Shown piece by piece: positions 53,771 to 63,148 of a stretch of 64,000 bases of DNA. Source of the stretch: Methanobacteriota archaeon (GTDB lineage: Archaea; Thermoplasmatota; SW-10-69-26; JACQPN01); NCBI GenBank assembly GCA_016207515.1, contig JACQPN010000012.1:31759-95758 (forward strand), written 5' to 3'. Both the position numbers and the translations under genes were made by a program. Each line of letters starts with the position of its first letter. Positions within the stretch are counted from its first letter, which is position 1. Under the pieces are notes generated by a model, which was given only the letters and a program-made list of their open reading frames with translations, did no database searches and was not told the DNA's origin.

Positions 53771-54784
53771 TCACACCGCTTCCCCTTGGTCGATCCTATG
53801 GATTACGCCTTCGATGATGCGCCCGACGACGCCAAGGCTTTTCGCGGAGACGTGCTCCAAGTCGTCGAACGTCGTGTGATGGGAGTCCGGGAAGACGGAC
53901 GATCCTTTCTTGTCAAGATGTATCACGTCGACCGCCTTGATGCCGCGGGCCAGGAACGGCGCGTGGTCGTCGATTATGCTTCCGCCGCTTGCGTTCACGA
54001 ACTGAGTCGCGTTCTGTCGCCTCGCTTCTGCCCAGATGAGGTCTTGAAGGGCTTTGCCCGGCCCGTTCGCCGACGTCGATTCACGTAGGAACGACAGTTC
54101 GGGGTCGCCGACCATGTCGAGGAGCACGAAACCCATCGCGTTCGCGACCTCGCTCGTCGTCATGTTGGACGCGTAGTGGGTGCTCCCGACGATCCAACCG
54201 TCACCGCCACGGCCACCGTCCTCCCCGTCGAAGAACAGGAAGGTCACGCTGAAGTTCAGGGACCGGTTGGAAAGCACGCGCGCCAATTCAAGTAGCACAG
54301 CAACGCCGGAGGCCCCGTCGTTGGCGCCCAAGACCGGTTCCGATCGACGTCGTGGATCGGGGTCCTCGTCGGCCCACGGGCGCGTATCGTAGTGGGCGGC
54401 GAGATAGACGGTCCGAGGCGTCGTCCCGAGGCGGCCGACGACGTTGTGCATCCGCGTCTCGTTTCCGGCGTAGGGGCCGGTGAAATTGTCCCAAGTGACG
54501 ACCGTGCCGATCGCGGAAAGTCGCGCGGCGATGATGTTCGCGGCGTAGTCGTTGCCTTCCGTGCCGGGGATCCTGTAATAGTTTTCCAAGGCCGTCCCAT
54601 TGACGCGCTCGACTTGGTGTCGTAGGGCCTCGAACGCAAGATCCTCGTCGAAGAGGACGTCCGGGCGGTGCGAGCCGTTCACATGCGGAGGCGTCACGGT
54701 CTCGGTCGGGAAACTGCACCCTCCAAGGGCCGGAAGGAGCAGCAATAGCGCCGGTAAGACGCGTAAAGTATGGCGCACTTGCAA
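53771..54784 (-). CDS. M28-family metallopeptidase / glutaminyl-cyclase-like lipoprotein, 337 aa
   Basis: Lipobox LLLLPALGGC|SFP. AAHYDTRPWADEDPD...PVLGANDGASGVAVLLELARVL and FLFFDGEDGG are typical of the M28 / bacterial-type glutaminyl cyclase fold. Confidence 0.75.
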   Translation of the reverse strand: MQVRHTLRVLPALLLLLPALGGCSFPTETVTPPHVNGSHRPDVLFDEDLAFEALRHQVERVNGTALENYYRIPGTEGNDYAANIIAARLSAIGTVVTWDNFTGPYAGNETRMHNVVGRLGTTPRTVYLAAHYDTRPWADEDPDPRRRSEPVLGANDGASGVAVLLELARVLSNRSLNFSVTFLFFDGEDGGRGGDGWIVGSTHYASNMTTSEVANAMGFVLLDMVGDPELSFLRESTSANGPGKALQDLIWAEARRQNATQFVNASGGSIIDDHAPFLARGIKAVDVIHLDKKGSSVFPDSHHTTFDDLEHVSAKSLGVVGRIIEGVIHRIDQGEAV

Positions 54785-54827
54785 CCATCCCGTCTGCCCT
54801 CCTTAAGGGCTTTGGCGCCGTTGCAGC

Positions 54828-55241
54828 ATGGGCATCGTTAAGACCGGCCCGGAGATTCTCCTCCCAATGGGAATACTCGGTTCGGAAGGGGTGCTCGTCG
54901 TCGTCTCGCTTCACCTCAAGACGCCGCACGCCATTCTCGGTTGGGCCCAGCGAAGCGGCGGGTTCCTGAAGGCCTTGAACGCCTCAGAAGGGTTGATCAG
55001 GTCCCATGCGGCGATCGAGTCGCCGACCAAGGTGTTGATTGTCGCGTATTGGAAGGACATGAAGACGCTGATGGCGTGGTACGGGTCGCAGGAGCACCAG
55101 CGCATGGTCGCCTGGGCAAACTCGCATTCCCACGACATCGACCTCACGATCGGCCTCTTCCGTGAGGAAAAAGGCGGATTCGAGCGCATGTCCTCCGACG
55201 ACACCGGTGCGCCGCCGCGAAAACTCTCCGCGCCGTCGTAG
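54828..55241 (+). CDS. hypothetical protein, 137 aa, possibly ABM/DUF4188-like monooxygenase fold
   Basis: ORF track. Weak resemblance (VLIVAYWKDMKTLMAWYGSQEHQRMVAW). Start uncertain. Confidence 0.4.
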   Translation: MGIVKTGPEILLPMGILGSEGVLVVVSLHLKTPHAILGWAQRSGGFLKALNASEGLIRSHAAIESPTKVLIVAYWKDMKTLMAWYGSQEHQRMVAWANSHSHDIDLTIGLFREEKGGFERMSSDDTGAPPRKLSAPS

Positions 55242-55338
55242 ACTCCCCGCCGACCGATGGCGCCGGTCAATCTGGCGACGCAATGAACGCCGTGGCTTAT
55301 GGCACACCTTTATCATCAATCGGGATTGTGGCCGTGCA

Positions 55339-56799
55339 ATGGATAAGGAGTGGACCGGGCCCCTCGAACGCCTCGACGATTATCGTTGGGCGATCCCGAA
55401 GACGTACAAGAAAGGGATGAGGGCGCCAGGATTGATTTACACCAACGAATCGATGGTGAAATCGATCGTGAAGGATCATGCGCCGGAACAGGTCGCGAAC
55501 GTCGCCCACCTGCCGGGGATCATCGGGCCGTCCATGGCCATGCCGGACATCCATTGGGGCTATGGTTTCCCCATCGGCGGTGTAGCGGCGTTCGATGCGG
55601 AAGAGGGCGTGGTGTCGCCCGGTGGCGTGGGGTTCGACATCAATTGCGGTGTGCGCCTCATCAGGACCAACCTTGCACGTGAGGAGATCACGCCAAAGTT
55701 GAGGGAACTCGTCGAAGTGCTATTCGTGAACGTTCCGTCCGGCGTAGGCAGCAAGGCCAAGGTGAGATTGACCCCGCAGGAGTTGCACGACGTTTTGAAG
55801 GACGGAGCGCACTGGGCGGTGGAGCACGGTTATGGTTGGGACGCCGACCTCGCCCACACCGAACACGAAGGGCGCCTCACGAGCGCGCGCCCCGAATGGG
55901 TCTCCGAGCGGGCCCGGGAACGCGGAAAAGTGCAGGTCGGGTCCTTGGGCGCCGGGAACCATTTCTGCGAGATCCAGGCCGCAGCGGACATCTTCCGCCC
56001 AGAGACCGCGAAGGCGTTCGGGATAACGAAACGCGACCAGGTCTGCATCATGATACACACGGGTAGCCGCGGTTGCGGGCACCAGATCTGCTCCGACTTC
56101 CTGGAATCCATGGAACGCGCCCAGAAGAAGTACGGGATAGAGCTCCCGGACAGGCAACTCGCGTGCGCTCCCGCGAAGAGCCGCGAGGCGGAGGAGTACT
56201 TCGGCGCCATGTGGGCGGGCCAGAACTTCGCCTGGGCGAACCGGCAGATGATCACCCATTGGGTGAGGCAAAGCTTCGAGAAGGTGCTCGGGAACAGCCC
56301 GGAGTCAATGGACATGCAGATCGTCTACGACGTCGCGCATAACGTCGCGAAGCGGGAGTTCCACGAGGTCGACGGCAAGAGACGGGAACTCATCGTACAT
56401 CGCAAGGGCGCCACGCGCGCTTTCCCAGCAGGTAACCCCGACATCCCGTCCGATTATCGTGACGCGGGGCAACCGGTCCTGATCCCCGGCGACATGGGGA
56501 CAGAATCGTACCTCTTGGTCGGCACCGAGAGGGCGATGAAGGAGACGTGGGGCTCCACGTGCCACGGCGCAGGGCGTAACCTCAGTAGGGCCGCGGCGAC
56601 ACGAAACTTCCGAGGCCAGGCGGTCATCCGCGACCTTGAAAAACGGGGGATAATCGTGAAACCAGCATCCTTCGAGGTCGCGGCCGAGGAGGCGCCGGGC
56701 GCTTACAAGGCCGTGCGAGAGGTCGTCGACGTCTGCGAAGGCGCAGGCATCTCGCAAAAGGTCGTAAGGCTCGTGCCGATGGGCTGTGTCAAGGGCTGA
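55339..56799 (+). CDS. rtcB: RNA-splicing ligase RtcB, 486 aa
   Basis: ORF track gives 55162..56799. ATG at 55339 gives MDKEWTGPLERLDDYRWAIP. Conserved PDIHWGYGFPIGGV, GVGFDINCGVR, GAGNHFCEIQ, HTGSRGCGHQ, STCHGAGR. Confidence 0.95.
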   Translation: MDKEWTGPLERLDDYRWAIPKTYKKGMRAPGLIYTNESMVKSIVKDHAPEQVANVAHLPGIIGPSMAMPDIHWGYGFPIGGVAAFDAEEGVVSPGGVGFDINCGVRLIRTNLAREEITPKLRELVEVLFVNVPSGVGSKAKVRLTPQELHDVLKDGAHWAVEHGYGWDADLAHTEHEGRLTSARPEWVSERARERGKVQVGSLGAGNHFCEIQAAADIFRPETAKAFGITKRDQVCIMIHTGSRGCGHQICSDFLESMERAQKKYGIELPDRQLACAPAKSREAEEYFGAMWAGQNFAWANRQMITHWVRQSFEKVLGNSPESMDMQIVYDVAHNVAKREFHEVDGKRRELIVHRKGATRAFPAGNPDIPSDYRDAGQPVLIPGDMGTESYLLVGTERAMKETWGSTCHGAGRNLSRAAATRNFRGQAVIRDLEKRGIIVKPASFEVAAEEAPGAYKAVREVVDVCEGAGISQKVVRLVPMGCVKG

Positions 56800-56896
56800 A
56801 TCAGGAGGGTGGCTCGGCCGTCGCTGTCGATGACACGGACGCCACCAAGAGGGCCGGACCGGAAACGTATTCTAACGTGCTCCCGATTCCGGCGGC

Positions 56897-57625
56897 GTGG
56901 ATACGGCGCTACTCTTCGACCTCGCGCGCTTCATTGCGGGTGTCTTGGTCCTCAGCTATGCCTCCGTCACGGATTGGTTCTGGCGTAGAGCCCCGAACTA
57001 CCTATGGTTCGGGCTCGGGGGTTTCGGCCTGGTGCTTCTAGGCGTCCAATACTTCGTCGGCGCCGTTGCGTTGGACGCGTACCTCTACCTGGGGGCCGCT
57101 GCGGTCTTCGCCCTCGCGGCGTACGTCTTCCACCGGTTGGGCCTCATCGCCGGCGGGGCGGATGCGAAGGCATTGATGGCGCTCGCCGCATTGGCCCCGC
57201 TTCCCATTCATTTGGAGGCCCTCCCGGCCTATCCGGGTATCGTCCCGACACCGTTCTCCATCCTTGGTAACGCGCTTCTTGGCATCCTCATCGTCCCGCT
57301 TGGGCTAGTCCTCGTGAACGTTGCCCGCGGCGATTTCCAGTTCCCCGCCATGTTGATAGGTTACAAGATGCGGCCGGAGAACGTCGTGGACAGTCCCGTA
57401 TGGTTGATGGACCGGCTCGAAGAAGGCCGGATGAAGCGACGCTACATGCTTCCGCACGATGACGCGGAGGAGCAGGTGCCGCTTTTCTTGGAGAAAGGCA
57501 TCGATCAAGTCTGGGTGACGCCAAAGGTCCCTTTCATGATCCCGCTGCTTCTCGGGTTCGTCCTCGCGTTCACCGCGGGTGACGTCGTCTTCAGCCCGAT
57601 TGTTTCCCTGATCCTTCAGCGCTAG
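56897..57625 (+). CDS. A24-family aspartic peptidase (archaeal preflagellin/prepilin peptidase type), 242 aa
   Basis: Polytopic membrane protein. First Asp in SVTDWFWRRAPN; second in IAGGADAKALMALA (the GxGD-type motif seen in FlaK/PibD-like enzymes). Confidence 0.8.
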   Translation: MDTALLFDLARFIAGVLVLSYASVTDWFWRRAPNYLWFGLGGFGLVLLGVQYFVGAVALDAYLYLGAAAVFALAAYVFHRLGLIAGGADAKALMALAALAPLPIHLEALPAYPGIVPTPFSILGNALLGILIVPLGLVLVNVARGDFQFPAMLIGYKMRPENVVDSPVWLMDRLEEGRMKRRYMLPHDDAEEQVPLFLEKGIDQVWVTPKVPFMIPLLLGFVLAFTAGDVVFSPIVSLILQR

Positions 57626-58553
57626 CTTGGGTCACAGGCTTCTGTACTTTGGCAACGAGCTCGATTCGAGCGACCTTGTTCGGGGAACTCTTGCTTTTCG
57701 CCTCAAGGGCCACCTTGACGCTTTCCCCTTCCTTGGCGTCCGGCGGGGCTTTCACCATGAGCCACAGGTTCTTCTCCTCCTTGGGGCCCACTTGGATCTC
57801 CGGGAGCGCCATGAACGCGCTCCAGCCCGCAGGCACTTCGGCGACCTTGAAAACGGCCGTGTCCGCCTTGTCGGAGCGGTTCTGGAGGACCACGGGGAAA
57901 CTCGCGCCGCGCCCCGGCGCCAACTCCTTGGTCCCCTCTGCGGTCTTGAGACGCACACCCACCGGTTTCGTGGTGAGGACGAGATAGGCCGCACCGGCGA
58001 CGATGGCGAGCGCGATCACCGTGATGAGGAGGGCGTTGCCGTCGGGGGGAGGCGGCTCTGGTCCCACGGTCTCGTTGGTTCCCGAGACGTTCAGCACCGG
58101 TTTGAATGCGAGTTGCTGGTTCGAATTCGCAGTACCAATGTTGCCGCTGGCGTTCGAGCAGGAAAGGATCCCCGAAATCGTGAACGTCGGGGTCTTCGGT
58201 GCGTCGGCGGCGGAAGGGGCGAATACGGTGACGCTCCCAGCACCCGCGCCTTGCGCGTCGAGGCTTATCTGTTGGCTGGTTGGGGTTCTCGACCAGCCCG
58301 TCGCCCCTGGATCTCCGTAGGTCATCTGCACGATCCTCGTCTGAGCTGCGGGTCCCGTACCGGGTTGCGTGTTCTGGTCCGTGAGGGTGATGTTGACGAC
58401 GTAGCTCGAGCGCTGCGCCATCGATGGGCTTGCGTTGGTCCCTGGCGCAAACGCGATGTCAAGCGGTCCGCATTGGTTCGGAAGAGCGCCCGCCACGAAG
58501 GCCGACCCGGCGAGCGCCAGGACCAATGCGACAGCCTTCGTCCGTGTCCCCAT
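57591..58553 (-). CDS. membrane-anchored hypothetical protein with two beta-rich ectodomain-like halves, 320 aa
   Basis: Signal peptide MGTRTKAVALVLALAGSAFVAGA. Central TM ALLITVIALAIVAGAAYLVL. The C-terminal half is CARDB/NEW3-like (FPVVLQNRSDKADTAVFKVAEVPAGWSA). The 3-prime end overlaps the convergent A24 peptidase gene by 35 nt. Confidence 0.55.
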   Translation of the reverse strand: MGTRTKAVALVLALAGSAFVAGALPNQCGPLDIAFAPGTNASPSMAQRSSYVVNITLTDQNTQPGTGPAAQTRIVQMTYGDPGATGWSRTPTSQQISLDAQGAGAGSVTVFAPSAADAPKTPTFTISGILSCSNASGNIGTANSNQQLAFKPVLNVSGTNETVGPEPPPPDGNALLITVIALAIVAGAAYLVLTTKPVGVRLKTAEGTKELAPGRGASFPVVLQNRSDKADTAVFKVAEVPAGWSAFMALPEIQVGPKEEKNLWLMVKAPPDAKEGESVKVALEAKSKSSPNKVARIELVAKVQKPVTQASAEGSGKQSG

Positions 58554-58664
58554 GGCTTTCCGTCAATCGAAGCAAGGTACGGCTATAAAACCCTCCCATA
58601 AACGGCGTAGCGCCCCAATCGAGAGGGCTAAACGTTAAGGCCGGCCACCGCGCTCCTTCGCGCC

Positions 58665-60896
58665 GTGGCCGAAATGGGCGCATCCCTCCTTGTCCCAGGG
58701 TCGATAGAGGAGCGTCCATACCAGGTAGTCATCGCCCGGGAGTGCCTTCGGAGGAACACCCTCGTCGTGCTTCCCACCGGCCTTGGAAAGACTGTCATCG
58801 CCCTCAGGGTCATCGCGGAGCGCTTGAGGTCGGGCGACTCAAAGTGCCTGTTCCTGGCGCCCACGAAACCCCTCGTGGAGCAACACGCCCGTTTCCTCGA
58901 GTCGCGCCTCGACGGGCTCACAGTCGCCATGATGACGGGGGAGACGTCGACCAAGAAACGTGCGAAGATCTGGGAGGCATCGCGCGTCATCGTCGCAACA
59001 CCGCAAGTCGTCGAGAACGACATCCTGAGCTCACGGGCGTCCCTAAGGGACGTGGGTCTCATCGTGTTCGACGAAGCGCACAGGGCGGTGGGCGATTACG
59101 CGTACGTCTACATCGCCGAACAATACCAGCGCCAGACGATCCACGGCCTAGTGCTCGGGATGACGGCCTCCCCGGGTGCTGACCCTCAAAAGATCCGGGA
59201 ACTCTGCCACGTCCTGGACATCAAGGGCGTCGAGGTCCGCACCGAAGCGGACCCGGATATCGCGCCGCATGTGCATGGCATCGACGTGAACTGGATCGAA
59301 GTGCCTCTTCCCGAGAACCTTCGCATCATCGCGGAGCACGTGAAGCGCGCTTTCGCAAGGCCCATCGCGGAGTTACGGTCTGGTGGAGTGATCAAGACCG
59401 CCCGCCCCCCGGTCAAGGACCTGCTTCTTGCCCAAGGCCTCCTCCTCAAACGCATCAAGGACGCCGGGCCGGAAGGCGCGACGAGGGCTTACTCGCTGCT
59501 TTCGTCCCAGGCGGCCGCCCTGAAGCTATCGCACGCCATCGAACTCGTCGAGACGCAGGGCCTTCGCGCGTTCGTCTCGTACATGGAGAAGATGAACAGG
59601 GACGAATCGAAGGCGGCGAGGGCGATACTCGCCGACCCCGACGTCGTGAAGGCGGTCATCCTCGCGCAAAACGCGAAAGTCGAGCACCCGAAGCTACGCC
59701 GGGTCGCCATCATCCTCCAACGTCAATTCACCAAGAAACCCGATTCGCTCGTCATCGTCTTCACGCAGTTTCGAGAGACTGCGGAACTCCTGTTCCAGGA
59801 ATTGTCCAAAGTCGAGGGGATCCGCCCGATCCGATTCGTGGGCCAGGCGGACAAGGCCAACGACAAGGGACTGAGTCAAGCGGAGCAGAGCGCGATAATC
59901 GAGGACTTCAAGAAAGGCCGCCACAACACCCTCATCGCCACATCGGTCGCGGAAGAAGGCCTCGACATCCCGGCCACCGACCTGGTCGTATTCTACGAGC
60001 CCGTCCCCTCGGAGATCCGGAGCATCCAGCGCCGGGGAAGGACCGGCCGGGGCCGCGCCGGGACGGCGTTGATCCTCGTCACGAAAGGCACGCGCGACGA
60101 GATCTCGAGATGGAGCGGACGCAACAAGGAACGGAAGATGTCGGCCGAGGTCGAGAACCTTCGCCGGTACCTGGAGCACGTGAACGTGTCGTGGACGGCG
60201 TCGCTTGATGAACCCGTACCCGCGCCGGAGATCGCGAAGCCGGACGACGGTTCCAAAGTTTCCGTCATCGTCGACAGTCGCGAACTCGCTTCCCCGGTTG
60301 TGAAGGAACTTTCGAGACTTGGGATGGATTTGACCGTGGAACCTATAGAGGTGGGAGATTTCGTCGTGTCGGACCGCGTCGTCATCGAACGCAAAGAGGC
60401 GCATGATTTTGCCGATTCACTGCTTGATGGGCGCTTGTTCGCCCAAGCGCGCGCCCTTCGCCTGAACTACGAAGCGCCCATCATGGTAATCGAAGGCGAG
60501 GACCTCTTCACGGCGAGGAAGATCGAGCCCTCCGCGATATACGGAGCGATGGCGGCGCTTCTTTCTGGTTTCCAGATGGCGGTCATCCGGTCGAAGGATG
60601 CGAAGGAGACGGCGGCGATCGTGGCCGCGCTTGCAAACCGCGAGCAATCCGACGAGAAACGGTCGCTTTCGCTACGTTCGGAAAAGCCGGTGATGACGCC
60701 GGACGAGGAGCTCCAGTTCATCGTGGAGGGCCTTCCGGGCGTGCGATCCACCCTCGCGAAGCGCCTCCTCGCGCGTTTTCGCACCGTCGAGGCGTTGTCG
60801 AAGGCGACGATCGACGAACTCGCCGAGACGCAGGGGATAGGCGAAAAGACCGCGAAGAGGATACGCGATGCGCTGCATCGCCGGTACGGAGGGTGA
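58665..60896 (+). CDS. hef: Hef-type helicase-nuclease (SF2 helicase + ERCC4/XPF nuclease + HhH2), 743 aa
   Basis: LPTGLGKT (motif I), FDEAHRAV (motif II), TSVAEEGLDIP, QRRGRTGR (motif VI). Nuclease GDFVVSDRVVIERKEAHDF. C-terminal HhH (LPGVRSTLAKRLL...TQGIGEKTAKRI). The start could be the GTG at 58665 or the ATG at 58674. Confidence 0.9.
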   Translation: MAEMGASLLVPGSIEERPYQVVIARECLRRNTLVVLPTGLGKTVIALRVIAERLRSGDSKCLFLAPTKPLVEQHARFLESRLDGLTVAMMTGETSTKKRAKIWEASRVIVATPQVVENDILSSRASLRDVGLIVFDEAHRAVGDYAYVYIAEQYQRQTIHGLVLGMTASPGADPQKIRELCHVLDIKGVEVRTEADPDIAPHVHGIDVNWIEVPLPENLRIIAEHVKRAFARPIAELRSGGVIKTARPPVKDLLLAQGLLLKRIKDAGPEGATRAYSLLSSQAAALKLSHAIELVETQGLRAFVSYMEKMNRDESKAARAILADPDVVKAVILAQNAKVEHPKLRRVAIILQRQFTKKPDSLVIVFTQFRETAELLFQELSKVEGIRPIRFVGQADKANDKGLSQAEQSAIIEDFKKGRHNTLIATSVAEEGLDIPATDLVVFYEPVPSEIRSIQRRGRTGRGRAGTALILVTKGTRDEISRWSGRNKERKMSAEVENLRRYLEHVNVSWTASLDEPVPAPEIAKPDDGSKVSVIVDSRELASPVVKELSRLGMDLTVEPIEVGDFVVSDRVVIERKEAHDFADSLLDGRLFAQARALRLNYEAPIMVIEGEDLFTARKIEPSAIYGAMAALLSGFQMAVIRSKDAKETAAIVAALANREQSDEKRSLSLRSEKPVMTPDEELQFIVEGLPGVRSTLAKRLLARFRTVEALSKATIDELAETQGIGEKTAKRIRDALHRRYGG

Positions 60897-60899
60897 CAC

Positions 60900-61388
60900 G
60901 TGGCCGAGCGGAACCTCACGGTACACAAGAGTCCCGGGCCCCACAATTCGCTCTGGTACTGGACGAGGATCCTCAACCCGTTCCGGGTCTCGTACAACTA
61001 CCTCCTCATGAGTGTCGCGAGGCCTTCGCCGTCGCTACGGCTCAAGAACTGGCTCTACCGGCGGATGGGCGTGAAGATCGGTCGCCACGTGTCGATGGGA
61101 CTTGAGACGACCCTCGATATCTTCTACCCGCAGATGATCGAGATCGGCGACGACTCCATCGTCGGCTTCAACACGACGATCCTATGCCACGAGTTCACGG
61201 TCGATGAATATCGGACGGGCGCCGTGAGGATAGGCAAGCGCGTAACCATCGGGGCGAACTGCACGATCTTGCCCGGCGTCACGATCCACGACGGTTCCGT
61301 CGTCTCGGCACATTCACTTGTGAATTCCGACGTTGACGGTTTCTATGGTGGAGTCCCCGCGCGGCCGCTCGAACGCCGCGTTGGTTAG
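60900..61388 (+). CDS. hexapeptide-repeat (LbH) acyl/acetyltransferase, 162 aa
   Basis: IGDDSIVGFNTTIL...IGKRVTIGANCTILPGVTIHDGSVVSAHSLV. GTG start 4 nt after the hef stop. Confidence 0.8.
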   Translation: MAERNLTVHKSPGPHNSLWYWTRILNPFRVSYNYLLMSVARPSPSLRLKNWLYRRMGVKIGRHVSMGLETTLDIFYPQMIEIGDDSIVGFNTTILCHEFTVDEYRTGAVRIGKRVTIGANCTILPGVTIHDGSVVSAHSLVNSDVDGFYGGVPARPLERRVG

Positions 61389-61491
61389 TCTTTCGCCGGG
61401 CCCGGAAGAACGGTTTCATCCAAGGGCCAATATTTATCAGGAAGAAGCGGACTACCCGGTAACGCCGATGCTTTCGCGAACAGGAGGTGTC

Positions 61492-61755
61492 ATGTTGAAT
61501 CCCGATGAGAAAGTGAGACAAATCACAGAATTGATAGATCAGCTCATCGAGGACACCTCGGTCCCTCGCAACATCAGGCGCGGCGCCGACACCGCGAAGA
61601 AGGTCTTGGCCAACAAGACGGAGGCGTTCGACGTCCGGGTCGCAAAGGCGGTCTCAAGCCTCGACGAATTGGCGAACGACCCCAACATCCCGCTCCACGG
61701 GCGCACGCTGATCTGGAACATCATCAGCGCGTTGGAATCGCTCACCGCAAAGTAG
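61492..61755 (+). CDS. UPF0147-family small archaeal protein, 87 aa
   Basis: ORF track gives 61333..61755. ATG at 61492 has AGGAGG upstream. DTSVPRNIRRGA...LDELANDPNIPLHGRTLIWNIISALE matches my recollection of the UPF0147 family. Confidence 0.75.
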   Translation: MLNPDEKVRQITELIDQLIEDTSVPRNIRRGADTAKKVLANKTEAFDVRVAKAVSSLDELANDPNIPLHGRTLIWNIISALESLTAK

Positions 61756-61801
61756 GCCGCCCGCACGCGGTTTTCCCTGGGTTCGATCCGCTTGTCCCTT
61801 G

Positions 61802-61972
61802 TCAGAGGTCGTGCGGCATCAGCGTGTTCCGGCCGTTCGCTTCGGCGCGTGTTTTCGCTTGCTCGATGGCGTCCACGAGGCGTGCCTCGAGTGCCGCGTA
61901 GAAACTCGCGCTTACGCGGAACTTGCCCGCGACGTCTTTCACTTTGCTCTGGTTCACGAGTGAGTGTGTCAT
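61802..61972 (-). CDS. small histone-fold-like protein (DUF1931-like), 56 aa; not in the ORF track
   Basis: My own translation of the minus strand: MTHSLVNQSKVKDVAGKFRVSASFYAALEARLVDAIEQAKTRAEANGRNTLMPHDL, then stop. GGGGGAT Shine-Dalgarno-like sequence 4 nt upstream of the ATG (61970-61972). It fills an otherwise empty gap before radA. Confidence 0.6.
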   Translation of the reverse strand: MTHSLVNQSKVKDVAGKFRVSASFYAALEARLVDAIEQAKTRAEANGRNTLMPHDL

Positions 61973-62100
61973 TGGATCCCCCTTTCACCAACCCATAGGC
62001 ACCTTAAAAGTTTGCCGATTCAGGCCGTAGAATCGGCATATTGTCAAGACGTGGAAGAAAAGGAAACAGGCGGCCCGTGGGCCGCCGACCATGTCTCCGG

Positions 62101-63075
62101 TCAGTCCCTTACGCCGTCTTCGCAGACGCGTACCACTGCTTCTCCCTCTGGTAGATGCGGCGAGTCGATGAGGCGCACGATCCTCTTGTCGCCTTTGCTC
62201 TTCCGCATGTAGATGCGGAAGGTCGCCGTGTGGCCGACGATGTGGCCGCCTATCGGGCGTGTCGGGTCGCCGAAGAACGCGTCTGGTTTCGCCATCACCT
62301 GGTTCGTCACGGCGATGGCGGCGTTGTGGAGGTCCCCGAAGCGCAGCAACCCATGCATGAACTTGTTGAGCTTCTGCTGCCTTTCCGCAAGCGTCCCTCT
62401 CCCGACGTATTCGGCGCGGAAGTGAGCGGTGAGCGAATCGCAGATTATGAGCCGGATCGGACGCTTCTTCGCAAGCTCCTCGGCTTTGTCAAGGAGCAGC
62501 ATCTGGTGATGGCTATTGTAGGCGCGGGCCACGTGGATCTTGTCGAGCACCTTCTTCGGGTCGAGTTCCAGAGCCTCGGCCATCTGGCTGATGCGTTCCG
62601 GCCGGAACGTGTTCTCGGTGTCGATGATGAGGCACTCACCGTCGAGGCCGCCCTCGTCCTTGGGAAGTTGCACCGTGACGGCAAGTTGGTGGCATATCTG
62701 CGTCTTGCCGCTTCCGAACTCGCCGTAGAACTCGGTTATCGATTGGGTCTCGAAGCCGCCGCCCATGAGGTCGTCGAAGGCCTTGGAGCCGCTTGTGAGT
62801 TTTCCGATGGCCTGTCGCTTCTCAAGAAGCTCCACGCCGGTCCTGAAACCGCCGACGTCCGCGGACTTCTTCGCCGCCTCGATGATCTTGGTGGCGGCCG
62901 CTTCTCCGAGTTCCGCGGCCTCCACGAGGTCGGAGGGTGATGCCACGGCTATTGCCATGAGGTCGGTGTAACCTGCGTCCCTGAGTTTGTCGGCGGTGGC
63001 CGGTCCGACGCCGGGCAAGCTCTCTATGGTAGGCTTTTCGATCGATTCCTTTGTCATGCTCGCTGTCTGTGCCAT
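62101..63075 (-). CDS. radA: DNA repair and recombination protein RadA, 324 aa
   Basis: N-terminal HhH ([17 protein letters not shown]). Walker [10 protein letters not shown]. Walker B LIICDS. Full-length RadA-like. Confidence 0.95.
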   Translation of the reverse strand: MAQTASMTKESIEKPTIESLPGVGPATADKLRDAGYTDLMAIAVASPSDLVEAAELGEAAATKIIEAAKKSADVGGFRTGVELLEKRQAIGKLTSGSKAFDDLMGGGFETQSITEFYGEFGSGKTQICHQLAVTVQLPKDEGGLDGECLIIDTENTFRPERISQMAEALELDPKKVLDKIHVARAYNSHHQMLLLDKAEELAKKRPIRLIICDSLTAHFRAEYVGRGTLAERQQKLNKFMHGLLRFGDLHNAAIAVTNQVMAKPDAFFGDPTRPIGGHIVGHTATFRIYMRKSKGDKRIVRLIDSPHLPEGEAVVRVCEDGVRD

Positions 63076-63148
63076 ATGCTGACCGTCGCACTTCTAACTT
63101 TTCCACGGCTATTTAGAACGCCTGTGCGGGGGTCGTCGAAACTACCGT

